A program made the translations under genes and the position numbers. This document shows positions 18,988 through 28,613 of a stretch of DNA of 64,000 nucleotides, piece after piece. The notes beneath the pieces are model-generated. The model searched no databases. It was not told the DNA's origin and saw only the letters and a program-made list of their open reading frames with translations. The stretch's first letter is position 1. The number at the start of each line of letters is the position of its first letter. The DNA is from Planctomycetaceae bacterium (GTDB lineage Bacteria > Planctomycetota > Planctomycetia > Planctomycetales > Planctomycetaceae): positions 37,601 to 101,600 of the forward strand of contig JAXMBS010000010.1 in NCBI GenBank assembly GCA_046349775.1, in the 5' to 3' direction.

Positions 18988-20592
18988 GTGAGCCTGCAAT
19001 CTCTGATGGAAGATGCGGTCGACGGCGACGCGCTCAAGCGGCCGTTCAGCCTCCCCCTGGAACTGACCGTCACCGACGACGACGTCGTCGCCGCACTCTG
19101 GGCGCACCCGGAAGGGCCGCCGCGCGATGAATTCGCCCTCCGCGCTCTGCGCATCGGCGTCCTGGCCTTGAAACAGGCCCAGGGGCAGATCGACGCAACC
19201 GCCGTCCGCCAGGAAGGGGAACGGCTGCTGCAGAACGTCGAACGCGCGCTGCAGCAGCACCAGCAACTGCTCAATGAGCGGCTGACGACGCAGCTCAAGA
19301 CGTATTTCGATCCCAACGACGGACGGTTTCACGAACGCATCGAGCGGTTGATCCGGCAGGACGGCGAGCTGGAGCAGCTCCTGCGACGCAACGTCGGCGA
19401 TGAGGACAGTCGGCTGTGTCAGACGCTGGCCCTGCACGTCGGTGACGACAGTCCGCTGATGCGCGTGATTGACCCGGAAGCCGGCGACGGGCTGACGGCG
19501 GCCTTGCGGCAGTGCCTCGAAGAGAAACTGCACGATCAGCGACAACGCGTCCTTGAGCAATTCTCGCTCGACAACAAGGAGGGCGCCCTGTGCCGGTTCC
19601 TGAAAGAGGTGCAGCAGCACTACGACGGGATCAGCGGCGATCTGACCGGCAAAATCGACAAGGCGGTCGGCGAGTTTTCGCTCGACGACGAGAACTCGGC
19701 GCTGAGCCGGCTCGTCGGCCGTGTGACCGACGCCCAGCAGACGATCACGCGCGAGTTTTCGCTCGACGCGAAGGAATCGGCGCTGTCTCGCCTGCGCGGC
19801 GAAATCGTGGACCTGTTGAAGGGCCAGTCGGAGAGTAACAGCAAGTTCCAGGAGGAGGTGAAGGTCGCGATCGGAGAACTGCAGGCGCGCAAGGCGGAAG
19901 CCGCGCGATCGACGCGGCACGGAATCGAGTTCGAGGAATGCCTGTTCTCTGTTGTACAGGCCGAGGCGCAGCGCTGTGGCGACGTGGCGGAGTTCACCAA
20001 GGAGAAGGCCGGACACATTTCTCGCTGCAAGATTGGCGACATCGTCGTGTCGCTGGGACCGGACTGCGCCGCACCCGACGCGAGGATTGTCTTTGAGGCG
20101 AAGGAGGACCAAAGTTATCACGACCGCCACGCGCTCGATGAATTGGACACGGGACGAAAGAATCGTGATGCGCAAATCGGCGTGTTTGTGTATTCCTCCA
20201 AGACGGCTCCCGCCGGAATCGAACCGTTTCGGCGGCTGGGCAACAGCATCCTGATCGTCTGGAATAACGAGGACGCCGCGTCGGACCTGTACGTCAAAGT
20301 CGCATTCACTCTGGCAAAGGCGCTGTGTGTCGGCGAACAGCGCAAGCACGCCGAGGAAGCGGCTGACCTGGCCGAGATGGAACGCGGCGTCCAGGCGATC
20401 GAGAATCGGGTCAAGGACCTGGACCAGATTCAGAAGTCGGCCACGACGATCAGAAATAGCGCCGACACGATCCTTGAGAACGAGCGGCGGTTCCGCAAGA
20501 CGATTGATGAACAACTTGAGAATCTTCAAGAGCGGATCGGTGCCCTCAAGTCCCTCGTCGGCACTGCGTCAACCGGTTCCGAGTCCCTCTGA
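18988..20592 (+). CDS. Coiled-coil protein with C-terminal PD-(D/E)xK nuclease-like domain (RmuC/DUF2130-like) and a triple EFSLDxxxSALSRL internal repeat
   Basis: AAGGAG ribosome-binding site before a GTG start. Nuclease core GDIVVSLGPD...ARIVFEAKED parallels the RmuC PDVIVRLPQGKDVVIDAK motif. Three repeats: EQFSLDNKEGALCRF, GEFSLDDENSALSRL and REFSLDAKESALSRL. Confidence 0.65.
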   Translation: MSLQSLMEDAVDGDALKRPFSLPLELTVTDDDVVAALWAHPEGPPRDEFALRALRIGVLALKQAQGQIDATAVRQEGERLLQNVERALQQHQQLLNERLTTQLKTYFDPNDGRFHERIERLIRQDGELEQLLRRNVGDEDSRLCQTLALHVGDDSPLMRVIDPEAGDGLTAALRQCLEEKLHDQRQRVLEQFSLDNKEGALCRFLKEVQQHYDGISGDLTGKIDKAVGEFSLDDENSALSRLVGRVTDAQQTITREFSLDAKESALSRLRGEIVDLLKGQSESNSKFQEEVKVAIGELQARKAEAARSTRHGIEFEECLFSVVQAEAQRCGDVAEFTKEKAGHISRCKIGDIVVSLGPDCAAPDARIVFEAKEDQSYHDRHALDELDTGRKNRDAQIGVFVYSSKTAPAGIEPFRRLGNSILIVWNNEDAASDLYVKVAFTLAKALCVGEQRKHAEEAADLAEMERGVQAIENRVKDLDQIQKSATTIRNSADTILENERRFRKTIDEQLENLQERIGALKSLVGTASTGSESL

Positions 20593-20648
20593 TCGGGACC
20601 GCAACCGCCAATTTGTGCGATGAAGTGCTTCGTTTCCGGGTTCTTGCG

Positions 20649-20873
20649 ATGACCGATTCGACACTGCCCCCCGGCCGGTATCGCCATTACAAGGGCAACG
20701 CGTACATCGTCCTTGGCGTCGCCCGGCACAGCGAAACACAGGAGGAACTGGTGGTCTACCGGCAGGACTACGGCGACCGCAGCCTGTGGGTCCGTCCGCG
20801 GTCGATGTTCGAGGAAACGGTCGTGGTCGACGGCCGGCGTCACCCAAGATTTGAATTCATCGGCAGCGACTGA
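20649..20873 (+). CDS. DUF1653 domain protein
   Basis: GRYRHYKGNAYIVLGVARHSETQEELVVYRQDYGDRSLWVRPRSMFEETV matches the compact DUF1653 consensus. The start is taken at MTDSTL. Confidence 0.75.
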   Translation: MTDSTLPPGRYRHYKGNAYIVLGVARHSETQEELVVYRQDYGDRSLWVRPRSMFEETVVVDGRRHPRFEFIGSD

Positions 20874-20886
20874 GGCGGTCCAGCCC

Positions 20887-21327
20887 TCACACGCCGTCGA
20901 CCATCTGACTGCGGCCGGCAACGATGGCCTGGACGTCGGCCCACAACCCGGCCGCCAGATCGCGCGGGCCAGTGCCGACCACGTCCGCCAGCGCCTGCTG
21001 CAAATCAATTCCTGCGGCTCGTGACAACGCGGCAGTGGCGATCGCCGGCGCGCGGCTCATTCCGCCGCCGCATACAATGAGGGTCGGCGTGCCGGCTTCG
21101 ATCAGGTGGCTGGCCGTCCCAATCGCCAGTTCGAGCCGCGCCGCGGGATTCCCCGGTCCGTCGAGCAGCGGTATCCGGCAGTAGCTGATATCGCGCGGAT
21201 AGACGACGGGCGATTCTTCAATCGCCAGATCGATGATCGCCGTCACGCCGGCCGACAGCACGCGGGCAACGTTGCGCGCGTCGCCGGCGTTACCGATCCA
21301 GAGTTTTCCGGCGATGACTTCGCGCAT
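20887..21327 (-). CDS. Dual-specificity / protein-tyrosine phosphatase family protein
   Basis: CX5R P-loop VCGGGMSRAP with upstream Asp (IPLLDGPG) at the expected spacing. Confidence 0.75.
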   Translation of the reverse strand: MREVIAGKLWIGNAGDARNVARVLSAGVTAIIDLAIEESPVVYPRDISYCRIPLLDGPGNPAARLELAIGTASHLIEAGTPTLIVCGGGMSRAPAIATAALSRAAGIDLQQALADVVGTGPRDLAAGLWADVQAIVAGRSQMVDGV

Positions 21328-21358
21328 GTCGGTCTGGTTTTACACCCGGAAGTCGATG

Positions 21359-21619
21359 TCAGCTGTCGCCCGCGGGTGCCCGTGGGCCGCCATCGCATAT
21401 GCCCCCATTAGCAGGTACTCCGCGCCGGCGGCGTTCAATGCGGACAACATGTCGAGGAAGTCGGGATTCACCCACCGGTTCTCCCATCAACGCCCAGGCT
21501 TCGACGGCCCGTTGCCACATCATATTGATGCACGCCTCCGACCCGAGATAGCTCAGGTCGTACTCTCCGTGCTCTTCGTGCAGCGGCAGTTTTCGCACCG
21601 GCCAGTGCTCGCCTGACAT
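21359..21619 (-). pseudogene. Remnant of a small nucleotidyltransferase-fold gene (minimal NTase / AbiEii-like GxxAxxxHGxPRxTxDIDF motif), frameshifted and truncated
   Basis: An alternate minus-strand frame at 21360-21480 reads NPDFLDMLSALNAAGAEYLLMGAYAMAAHGHPRATADIDFRV then stops. The annotated frame upstream (MSGEHWPV...) does not continue it. Confidence 0.35.
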
Positions 21620-21974
21620 GCGGCTATTTTAGCAGAGAGTGTCGCCATCCGTCAGGCGGGTTCGGAATCCCGAAATCTGAATGTCGAAATCCGAAAGTCG
21701 TTGATGGTTGATCGATCACCACTCACTAGACCACCAGACGACCAGTCCACCAGGCACCCGCCCCGAACCTCAGCGGCCGTTTCTGCGTCCTCCCGCTGGT
21801 CGCGTAATGATTCATCGATTCTTCTCGTGGTCCGCGTCTGCTTCCATGCTAGAATGAATGCCCGTGCGGTCCCCCGCCGGCGCGCCGCTCGACGCCCAGT
21901 CGAATCGCCCGCCCTCCAAGTTTCGCACCGGTCTGCACCCGCCTGACCCGCGGCCGCAGCCGGTCGCCTGCCCC

Positions 21975-23315
21975 ATGACGACCGACCTGACCGCATCCGA
22001 ACCGACGGAGCGGACCATTTATGACCGCGCCTTCTGGCTCGCCTATGCGGCGAATCTGATGCTGGTCACTGCGAATTCGCTGACGTTTCGGTTCGCGGAG
22101 TTCATTCACTTTCTCGGCGGATCGGAAACGGTCACCGGCCAGATTGTCCGCGCTGGTCTCCTGGGTTCGCTGGCGGTCCGGCTGGTGCTCGGACAGGCGA
22201 TCGACGGCGCCGGGGTCCGGCGGATCTGGACGGCCAGCACCGTCTGCTTCGTCGCCGGCGGTCTGATGTTCGTGTTCAGCGACCGGATCGGCCCGCAGCT
22301 ATACGTGGCACGGGTCTTGTTCACCGCCGGCATGGCGAGCATGTTCGCCTGCTCGATCTACCACGTGCAGTCGCAAGTGCCGCCGTATCGCCGCACCGAA
22401 GTCATTGGCAGTCTCGGCACCAGCGGATTCATCGGGATGATCGCCGGCACGCAATTCGGCGATCTGCTGTTCCACACGATCCCCAATCACGGCCGGCTGT
22501 TTGCGATCCTGTTCGGCATCACCGTCGGACTGGGAATCGGCTACTTCGTGCTGATCGCGCGGGTCACGCGCGGTGAAGCGCAGTCTCCTGTCAGCAGCCC
22601 GCCGATTCACCGGCTGGCGTTCCGATACTGGCCAGGGGCGGTCGTCCTGGTGGCGCTCGTCATGGGGGCCGGCTTCACCGTGACGACAGTGTTCCTCACG
22701 CGATATGCGACCGAGCACGGCCTGCATGGCATCGGCATGTTTTTTGTCGGCTACGCGGCGTGCGCATTCGTCTTCCGCTGGGTGAGCCGGTCGTGGAGCG
22801 CGGCGATTGGCCGGCACCGCGTGATCCTGATCGGACTGGCGGGGCACGTGATCGGCTACCTGTTGCTGATCCCGGTGCGCTCCGACCTCGGTTTCCTCCT
22901 GCCGGCGGTGCTGCATGGCTTCGGCCACGCACTCCTGTTCCCGTGCGTTGTGTCGCTCGGCGCCGGCGCGTTCCCGCCCGAATATCGCGGCACCGGGACG
23001 ACGATCATCCTGGCTTTCGTCGACCTCGGGACGATGCTCTCCGCGCCGTTGCTTGGCAGGTTGATCGAGGCGGATGGCTTCACGTACACCTATCTTGCGA
23101 TGGCGGCATTAACGTTCGCCGTCGCCGCGGTCTATGCAGCGCTCAAGTTCCGCGTGGCGGACTTTGACGGCCTGCCAGCGATCGCCCACGACGAGACGCT
23201 GGTCGACGACCTGCCCGAAGAGCTGGCAACTGTCCCCGCACCGTCGGTCACTCCGTCGCTGGACATCGATTCGCACGCTGCGGAATCGACGCCCGTCACT
23301 TGCCGCCGGGCTTGA
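21975..23315 (+). CDS. MFS transporter
   Basis: Twelve hydrophobic segments. MFS-like GxLxDRxGxRR motif (GQAIDGAGVRRI) after TM2 and a repeat of it in the second half (GRLIEADG). Confidence 0.75.
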   Translation: MTTDLTASEPTERTIYDRAFWLAYAANLMLVTANSLTFRFAEFIHFLGGSETVTGQIVRAGLLGSLAVRLVLGQAIDGAGVRRIWTASTVCFVAGGLMFVFSDRIGPQLYVARVLFTAGMASMFACSIYHVQSQVPPYRRTEVIGSLGTSGFIGMIAGTQFGDLLFHTIPNHGRLFAILFGITVGLGIGYFVLIARVTRGEAQSPVSSPPIHRLAFRYWPGAVVLVALVMGAGFTVTTVFLTRYATEHGLHGIGMFFVGYAACAFVFRWVSRSWSAAIGRHRVILIGLAGHVIGYLLLIPVRSDLGFLLPAVLHGFGHALLFPCVVSLGAGAFPPEYRGTGTTIILAFVDLGTMLSAPLLGRLIEADGFTYTYLAMAALTFAVAAVYAALKFRVADFDGLPAIAHDETLVDDLPEELATVPAPSVTPSLDIDSHAAESTPVTCRRA

Positions 23316-23583
23316 TCTTGCCCGACTGCAGGTCTTTGACGACCTCCGCCAGCAGCGCGGGATCCTGCTTCTCCAGAATGTGCGCGACGCGCGTCGTCGG
23401 CAGTTTCATGCGGGTCATTGTCTCTTCAACCGACTTCCACAGCTTCTGTTTCTGCTTGTCGCCGGTCGCCAGGTACAGGCTGGTGACCAGCTCGCTCAGG
23501 CGCTGTTCGTCGATCTGGTCCCGGTTCTCGTAGTACCGGGAGATGACTTTCTGCTGATACTTCGTATATTCGCGTTCGGCCAT
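23296..23583 (-). CDS. Small Lys/Glu-rich hypothetical protein (95 aa)
   Basis: Clean ORF whose composition differs from the GC-driven antisense ORFs. Convergent 20-nt overlap with the MFS gene. Confidence 0.5.
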   Translation of the reverse strand: MAEREYTKYQQKVISRYYENRDQIDEQRLSELVTSLYLATGDKQKQKLWKSVEETMTRMKLPTTRVAHILEKQDPALLAEVVKDLQSGKIKPGGK

Positions 23584-23692
23584 CGACTCGTTCGCCCGCT
23601 GGGTGTGACACGATCTCCGTGGCGAAGTTTAATGAACTTCCGGACGTGTCAAGAACGCCGCTTGGCTGGAAGAGGTCGTAAAACCGGGAGGG

Positions 23693-23718
23693 CGAGGCTC
23701 CTGCCGAGCCGGACCGAT
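23693..23718. repeat. GGGAGGGCGAGGCTCCTGCCGAGCCG motif, copy 2 of 4 (divergent promoter region)
   Basis: 25/26 identical to 1213-1238. The partial inverted partner GCCCTCCC lies at 23768-23775. Confidence 0.5.
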
Positions 23719-23897
23719 CGGAATGCCCTGCGTTCATGGTCGCTTTCCCGACTGGTCGGGATGGCCCTCCCTTAACGCCGACATCGAAGTTTTGAGACCG
23801 GCGCAAACTCAGCGACATGGCCCCGATTCGCAGCGATTCGCGATTCTTCCTATTTGCTGGTGATTAGAGAACAGCGCGCAGACTGTATTATCTGAGG

Positions 23898-25433
23898 ATG
23901 CAAACGATGAGCGCCGCGCAGGACGGCATTTCGGAACTGGTCTCGACCCTACGCGAAGATGCTCTGTTTGCCTCCTGCGCCAATCTGCTGTCGTGGGACG
24001 AACAGACGTATCTGCCCCCCGCCGGAGCCGCGCACCGCGCCGAACAACTGGCACTGCTCGCGGGATTGTCACACGAGCGCGCCACCGCGCCCCGGCTCGG
24101 TGAGTTGCTGCAGCGACTCGAGGCCGGGGGAGCGTCGGCTGCGAATGGCGACTCCCCGCTGGCCGCGGTGATCCGGGAAGCGCGGCGCGCGTATGACCGC
24201 GCCATAAAACTGCCGCGGCGACTCGTCGAAGAACTGTCGCGGACCGCGACGCTCTCCCAGCAGGCCTGGGTCGATGCCCGCAAGCAGCAGGACTTTCCTG
24301 CGTTCCGTCCGTGGCTTGAGAAGATCGTCGCCCTCAAACGGGAGGAGGCCGCTGCGGTCTCGCCCGCGGGGGGAGTGCTCTACGATGCCTTGCTGGACGA
24401 GTACGAACCGGGCGCGTCGGCCGCCGGGATCTCGCAGGTGTTCACGAACTTGCGGCGCGAGCTCGTGCCGCTTGTGGCGGCGATCCACGACAGCGGGCGG
24501 CAGCCCGACGTCTCGATTCTGACTCGCAATTATCCGATCGAAGCTCAGCGCACGTTTTCCGTCGCGGCTGCCGAATCCATCGGGTTCGACTTCCAGGCGG
24601 GGCGACTGGACGAAGCCGCGCATCCGTTCTGCAACGGAATCGGTCCGGGAGACTGTCGTCTTACAACACGTTACGACGCCGCACATTTCCCGGGCGCCTT
24701 CTTCGGCACGCTGCATGAGGCCGGACACGGCATTTACGAGCAGGGGCTGAGCGCGACCGATTTCGGCACCGCCCTGGGGCAATACGCTTCACTCGGCATC
24801 CACGAATCGCAGTCGCGGCTGTGGGAGAACTTTGTCGGGCGCAGCCGGCCGTTCTGGACACATTTCTTTCCGCCGGCACAACGCGCTTTTCCGGAGGCGT
24901 TGTCGACCGTCTCGCTGGAGAGTTTTTTCGCGGCGATTAACGACGTCCGACCGTCCTGGATTCGCGTCGAAGCGGACGAGATCACGTACAACCTCCACAT
25001 CATGTTGCGGTTCGAACTGGAGCAGGCGCTGATTGCGGGACAATTGCCGCCGGCCGATCTGCCGGGGGTCTGGAACGACGCCTTCCACCGCGACTTCGGG
25101 ATGACGCCGCCGCACGACTCCCTGGGCTGCCTGCAGGACATCCACTGGAGCATGGGCCTGATCGGGTACTTCCCGACCTACACGCTCGGCAACCTGTGCG
25201 CGGCGCAGATTTTTGAAGCGGCGGATCGCGCGCTCGGCGGGCTCGCGGAACAGTTCTCTCGCGGAGAATTCCGGCCGCTGAAAGAGTGGCTGAACGTAAA
25301 TATTCACCGGCGCGGTCGGCAATTCACGCCGGCGCGGCTGATCGAAGTCGTGACGTCGCAGCCTCTTTCCGCCGACGCGCTGCTGCGGCACTTGCGCGGC
25401 AAGTTCTGTGCGCTGTACGGCGTCAAGGCTTGA
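23898..25433 (+). CDS. M32 family carboxypeptidase (carboxypeptidase Taq-like)
   Basis: HEAGHGIYEQG zinc site and the family-diagnostic HESQSRLWEN motif. Confidence 0.85.
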   Translation: MQTMSAAQDGISELVSTLREDALFASCANLLSWDEQTYLPPAGAAHRAEQLALLAGLSHERATAPRLGELLQRLEAGGASAANGDSPLAAVIREARRAYDRAIKLPRRLVEELSRTATLSQQAWVDARKQQDFPAFRPWLEKIVALKREEAAAVSPAGGVLYDALLDEYEPGASAAGISQVFTNLRRELVPLVAAIHDSGRQPDVSILTRNYPIEAQRTFSVAAAESIGFDFQAGRLDEAAHPFCNGIGPGDCRLTTRYDAAHFPGAFFGTLHEAGHGIYEQGLSATDFGTALGQYASLGIHESQSRLWENFVGRSRPFWTHFFPPAQRAFPEALSTVSLESFFAAINDVRPSWIRVEADEITYNLHIMLRFELEQALIAGQLPPADLPGVWNDAFHRDFGMTPPHDSLGCLQDIHWSMGLIGYFPTYTLGNLCAAQIFEAADRALGGLAEQFSRGEFRPLKEWLNVNIHRRGRQFTPARLIEVVTSQPLSADALLRHLRGKFCALYGVKA

Positions 25434-26565
25434 GCGACTCAGCCCGACGCCGTCGCATCAAGAAATCCCACACCTCACGGTTGCCGAACAGTCCCTGCGG
25501 GCGCAGCAGCATCATGCCGATCAGCAGCAGGGCATAGACGATCATCCGATATTGGTTGAAGTCGCGCAGAAACTCCGGCAGCGTGGCCAGGATCGCCGCC
25601 GCCAGCATCACGCCCGTGATCGAGCCTTTGCCGCCGAGAACGACCATGATCACGATCTCGATCGACCGCTGGAACCCGGCGTCATTCGGCGTCAAGATCA
25701 CGCCGCTCTCATGAGCGAACAGGCCCCCCGCGATCCCGGCGAAGAACGCCGAGATAATGAACGCCCGGACCTTCCAGCGGGTGATGTTCACGCCCATCGC
25801 CTGGGCGGCAATCTCATCCTCGCGGATTGAGACCAGCGCGCGGCCCGCCGCCGAGAACTTGATTCGCTGCGCCACGATCACCGTCACGGCGACGAACAGA
25901 TAGACCCAGAACAGGTTCGAATACTTTGGCAACCCGTCAAAACCCAGAGCGCCGCCGACCGGCGGCGGCAAGAGCTGCTTTACGGTCGCCTCGCGCAGCG
26001 CCGTCGTCGAACCGATGACATCATTCGTCTGCTGCAGCAGCACGCGGACAATCTCGCCAAACCCCAATGTCGCGATCGCCAGATAATCCCCGCGCAGTCG
26101 CAGCGTCGGCAGGCCGACGAGATAGCCGGCTCCGGATGCGACCAGCCCCCCCGTCAGACAGGCTGCCACGAACAGCCATTCACCGGGTCCGAACGGGCCG
26201 CCATGCCTCACGCTGCTCTGCCAGAGCAGCAGAGAGCAGTAGTACGTGACGGTCCCGGCCGTGTAGCCACCGACGGCCAGAAATCCGGCGTGTCCGAGCG
26301 AGAATTGCCCGGCCAGCCCGTTCACCAGGTTCAGCGAGACCGCCAGGATGATGGCGATTCCGGCATCCAGCAGCACGCGCGCGGCGTACGTGCCCACCGC
26401 GGGACCAACGCCCCACTGCATCGCTGCAGCGAGAGCAATGCCAATCGCCAGCGGAGCCAGACCGCGCAGCCAGGCACGACCCGCAGGCGGACGCAGGGCA
26501 TCCGCTTCGCGTAGAACCGTCGGGAGCTGGGAGGAAGGACTTTGGATTTTAGATTTCCGATTCAA
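25423..26565 (-). CDS. livM: Branched-chain amino acid ABC transporter permease (LivM-type)
   Basis: Polytopic protein. LNLVNGLAGQFSLGHAGFLAVGGY matches the LivM consensus. Confidence 0.8.
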   Translation of the reverse strand: MNRKSKIQSPSSQLPTVLREADALRPPAGRAWLRGLAPLAIGIALAAAMQWGVGPAVGTYAARVLLDAGIAIILAVSLNLVNGLAGQFSLGHAGFLAVGGYTAGTVTYYCSLLLWQSSVRHGGPFGPGEWLFVAACLTGGLVASGAGYLVGLPTLRLRGDYLAIATLGFGEIVRVLLQQTNDVIGSTTALREATVKQLLPPPVGGALGFDGLPKYSNLFWVYLFVAVTVIVAQRIKFSAAGRALVSIREDEIAAQAMGVNITRWKVRAFIISAFFAGIAGGLFAHESGVILTPNDAGFQRSIEIVIMVVLGGKGSITGVMLAAAILATLPEFLRDFNQYRMIVYALLLIGMMLLRPQGLFGNREVWDFLMRRRRAESLKP

Positions 26566-26711
26566 GGGTTATCGGTTGTTCGTCATCGGCCACCGGTTTT
26601 CGATCTCTCAACGTTCAACGCTGAATGACCTCAGCTTTCAAATCTGAAATTTCAAATCTCAGATTCAAGGCCGCTCATTGATCAACCATCAGCAATAAAC
26701 CATCGACCACC
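26566..26711. repeat. AT-rich intra-operon spacer carrying GATTTCAAATCTGAAATTTCAAATCTCAGATTCAAGG direct repeats and a TTGATCAACCATCAGCAATAAACCATCGACC palindrome-family element
   Basis: Related elements lie at 21655-21720, 29951-30049 and 46716-46817, sharing the TTGATGGTTGATCG / CGATAAACCATC core. Confidence 0.45.
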
Positions 26712-27671
26712 TCACACCTTCTCTTTCACCGTCGAACCCAGCAGCCCGGTCGGCCGTACCAGCAGCATCAGAATCAGCAGGACGAAAACGTACAGGTCGC
26801 GAAGATTCGACGAAATGTAAAACGCGCCGAACTGCTCGACCGCAGCGATAACAAACCCCCCCAGGACCGCGCCGCGCACGTTCCCGATCCCGCCAATGAC
26901 CGCCGCGACGAACGCTTTCAGACCCAGCAGCACCCAGATTGTGTGCGCCGGCTGGTTCAGGCCAGGGTATTTCATCGAGTACAGGAACCCGGCCGCCGCC
27001 GCGAGCGCAGAGCCGATGACGAACGTCAGCGAGACGATCCGATCCACGTTGATGCCCATCAGCGAGGCGGTGTCAGTATTAAACGACACGGCCCGCATTG
27101 CCGCTCCGAGCTTGGAGCGATACACGAGCAGTTCGAGGCCGATCATCAGCAATCCGGCTGTAGCAAAGATCACCACGTCCACGAGACCAATGACGAGACG
27201 TCGTGGCGCACCGTCCCCTTCTGAGAAATCCCGCTCATAGAGCACAGTATTCGGCAGCAGCGACGGCATTCGTGCCGGCTGCGTGCCGAAGAACCAGTCC
27301 AGCTGGCCGACGTTTTGCAGCAGCAGCGAAACACCGATGGCCGTGATCAGCACATTGAGCCGCGGGGCACGCCGCAACGGCTTGTAGCACGTCCGCTCGA
27401 TGACAAAGCCGATCAGGCTGCAGGCCGCCATGGAGGCGAGCAGCACGGCGGCGCCGGCCCACCAGGGGGCATGACGCGGATCGACCCCCAGCTTCGGCAG
27501 GATGTTGTTCGCCAGCTTCAGACTGATCCACGCGCCGAGAACGACGATGTCGCTGTGGGCGAAGTTGATGAACTTCAGGATGCCATAGACCATCGTGTAA
27601 CCCAGCGCGATGAGCGCGTAGAGCGCACCAACGGCGAGCGAAGTTTCGACGGTCTGCAGGAACTCGGCCAT
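26712..27671 (-). CDS. livH: Branched-chain amino acid ABC transporter permease (LivH-type)
   Basis: ALYALIALGYTMVYGILKFINFAHSD matches the LivH N-terminus. The start is taken at MAEFLQ. Confidence 0.8.
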   Translation of the reverse strand: MAEFLQTVETSLAVGALYALIALGYTMVYGILKFINFAHSDIVVLGAWISLKLANNILPKLGVDPRHAPWWAGAAVLLASMAACSLIGFVIERTCYKPLRRAPRLNVLITAIGVSLLLQNVGQLDWFFGTQPARMPSLLPNTVLYERDFSEGDGAPRRLVIGLVDVVIFATAGLLMIGLELLVYRSKLGAAMRAVSFNTDTASLMGINVDRIVSLTFVIGSALAAAAGFLYSMKYPGLNQPAHTIWVLLGLKAFVAAVIGGIGNVRGAVLGGFVIAAVEQFGAFYISSNLRDLYVFVLLILMLLVRPTGLLGSTVKEKV

Positions 27672-27776
27672 GCGGTGGTCAGGCACGCATCAGCGAACGG
27701 CGCGGGCGCGAACCACGGAATACAATGAAACGCCGTGAGAATCCAGCCTCAGCAGCGACTCCAGGCTCCCGGCAAT

Positions 27777-28544
27777 TCAGAGCGGCCAGTGGAATTCGCG
27801 GCCCAGCAGTGCGGCGGTCGTTTCCCCGATGAACGTCAGGATCACGGCGGCGAACAGGACGCCGGTGGCCGACTGCGTATTCCGGTACTTGAGGATTCGC
27901 AGGACCATGGCGCCGAGGACCAGTGGTCCGGCAACGCCGGCCGCCCAGCGGAGCGACAGCCAGATCGCCGGCACTCCAGACCAGTTGACGCCCGAGACGG
28001 TTGCCAGTCCGACGCCCGCGAGGATGCCGCGCACTGCCGCGGCGGTCAGCAAAAGTTGCGTCAGGCGCGTGAGCGGGACCAGCGACATGCTCGTCGCCGT
28101 CAGGTGCCAGTGACCGAGGAGCATCGCGCACACGGCGCCGCCGATCAGCCAGCTGGCACTGAGTTCGCTGGCGATCCCCAGAGTATGTCCGAACGCAGTC
28201 GCTTGCGGGAGTGACGCTGTGCCCAGCACTGCAGCGCCGGCGCCGAGCGTGATCACGGCGCAACACACGGTGCCGGCGCGGCGTCGCCCCAGCATCCATA
28301 AGACGGATCCGACAAATGCGCAGACGGCGATGGCAATGCAGATTCCCCGAACCGCCGTAGGAGACAACGGCAGGGGCGCGCCCTCCGCTGCCGACTGGTC
28401 GGCCGTCATCGTGCCGAGCACACTCAGCCCCAGCGCGACGAGCATCTGGATTCGAAAGAAGCCGACGGTCACGGCGGCGCGCGGCATCAGCAGCCAGGTC
28501 ACGCCCAGCCCGGTCAGCATCCGCAGCGCAAATTGCAGGATCAT
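27777..28544 (-). CDS. Hypothetical polytopic membrane protein (about 7-8 TM)
   Basis: Continuous hydrophobic helices with short loops. No catalytic motif recognised. Sits between folE and livH on the same strand. Confidence 0.5.
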   Translation of the reverse strand: MILQFALRMLTGLGVTWLLMPRAAVTVGFFRIQMLVALGLSVLGTMTADQSAAEGAPLPLSPTAVRGICIAIAVCAFVGSVLWMLGRRRAGTVCCAVITLGAGAAVLGTASLPQATAFGHTLGIASELSASWLIGGAVCAMLLGHWHLTATSMSLVPLTRLTQLLLTAAAVRGILAGVGLATVSGVNWSGVPAIWLSLRWAAGVAGPLVLGAMVLRILKYRNTQSATGVLFAAVILTFIGETTAALLGREFHWPL

Positions 28545-28613
28545 TCAGCGACCCGTTCGGCAGGCGCGCACAGTGGCGCTTCCATCAGCCCGACACCCTG
28601 GACCCTCCGCCCT

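Noticed and set aside
20613-20648. Upstream start (MCDEVLRFRVLA) for the DUF1653 gene
   Set aside because: DUF1653 proteins are about 70 aa and begin close to the GRYRHYKG motif. The Met at 20649 fits the family length.
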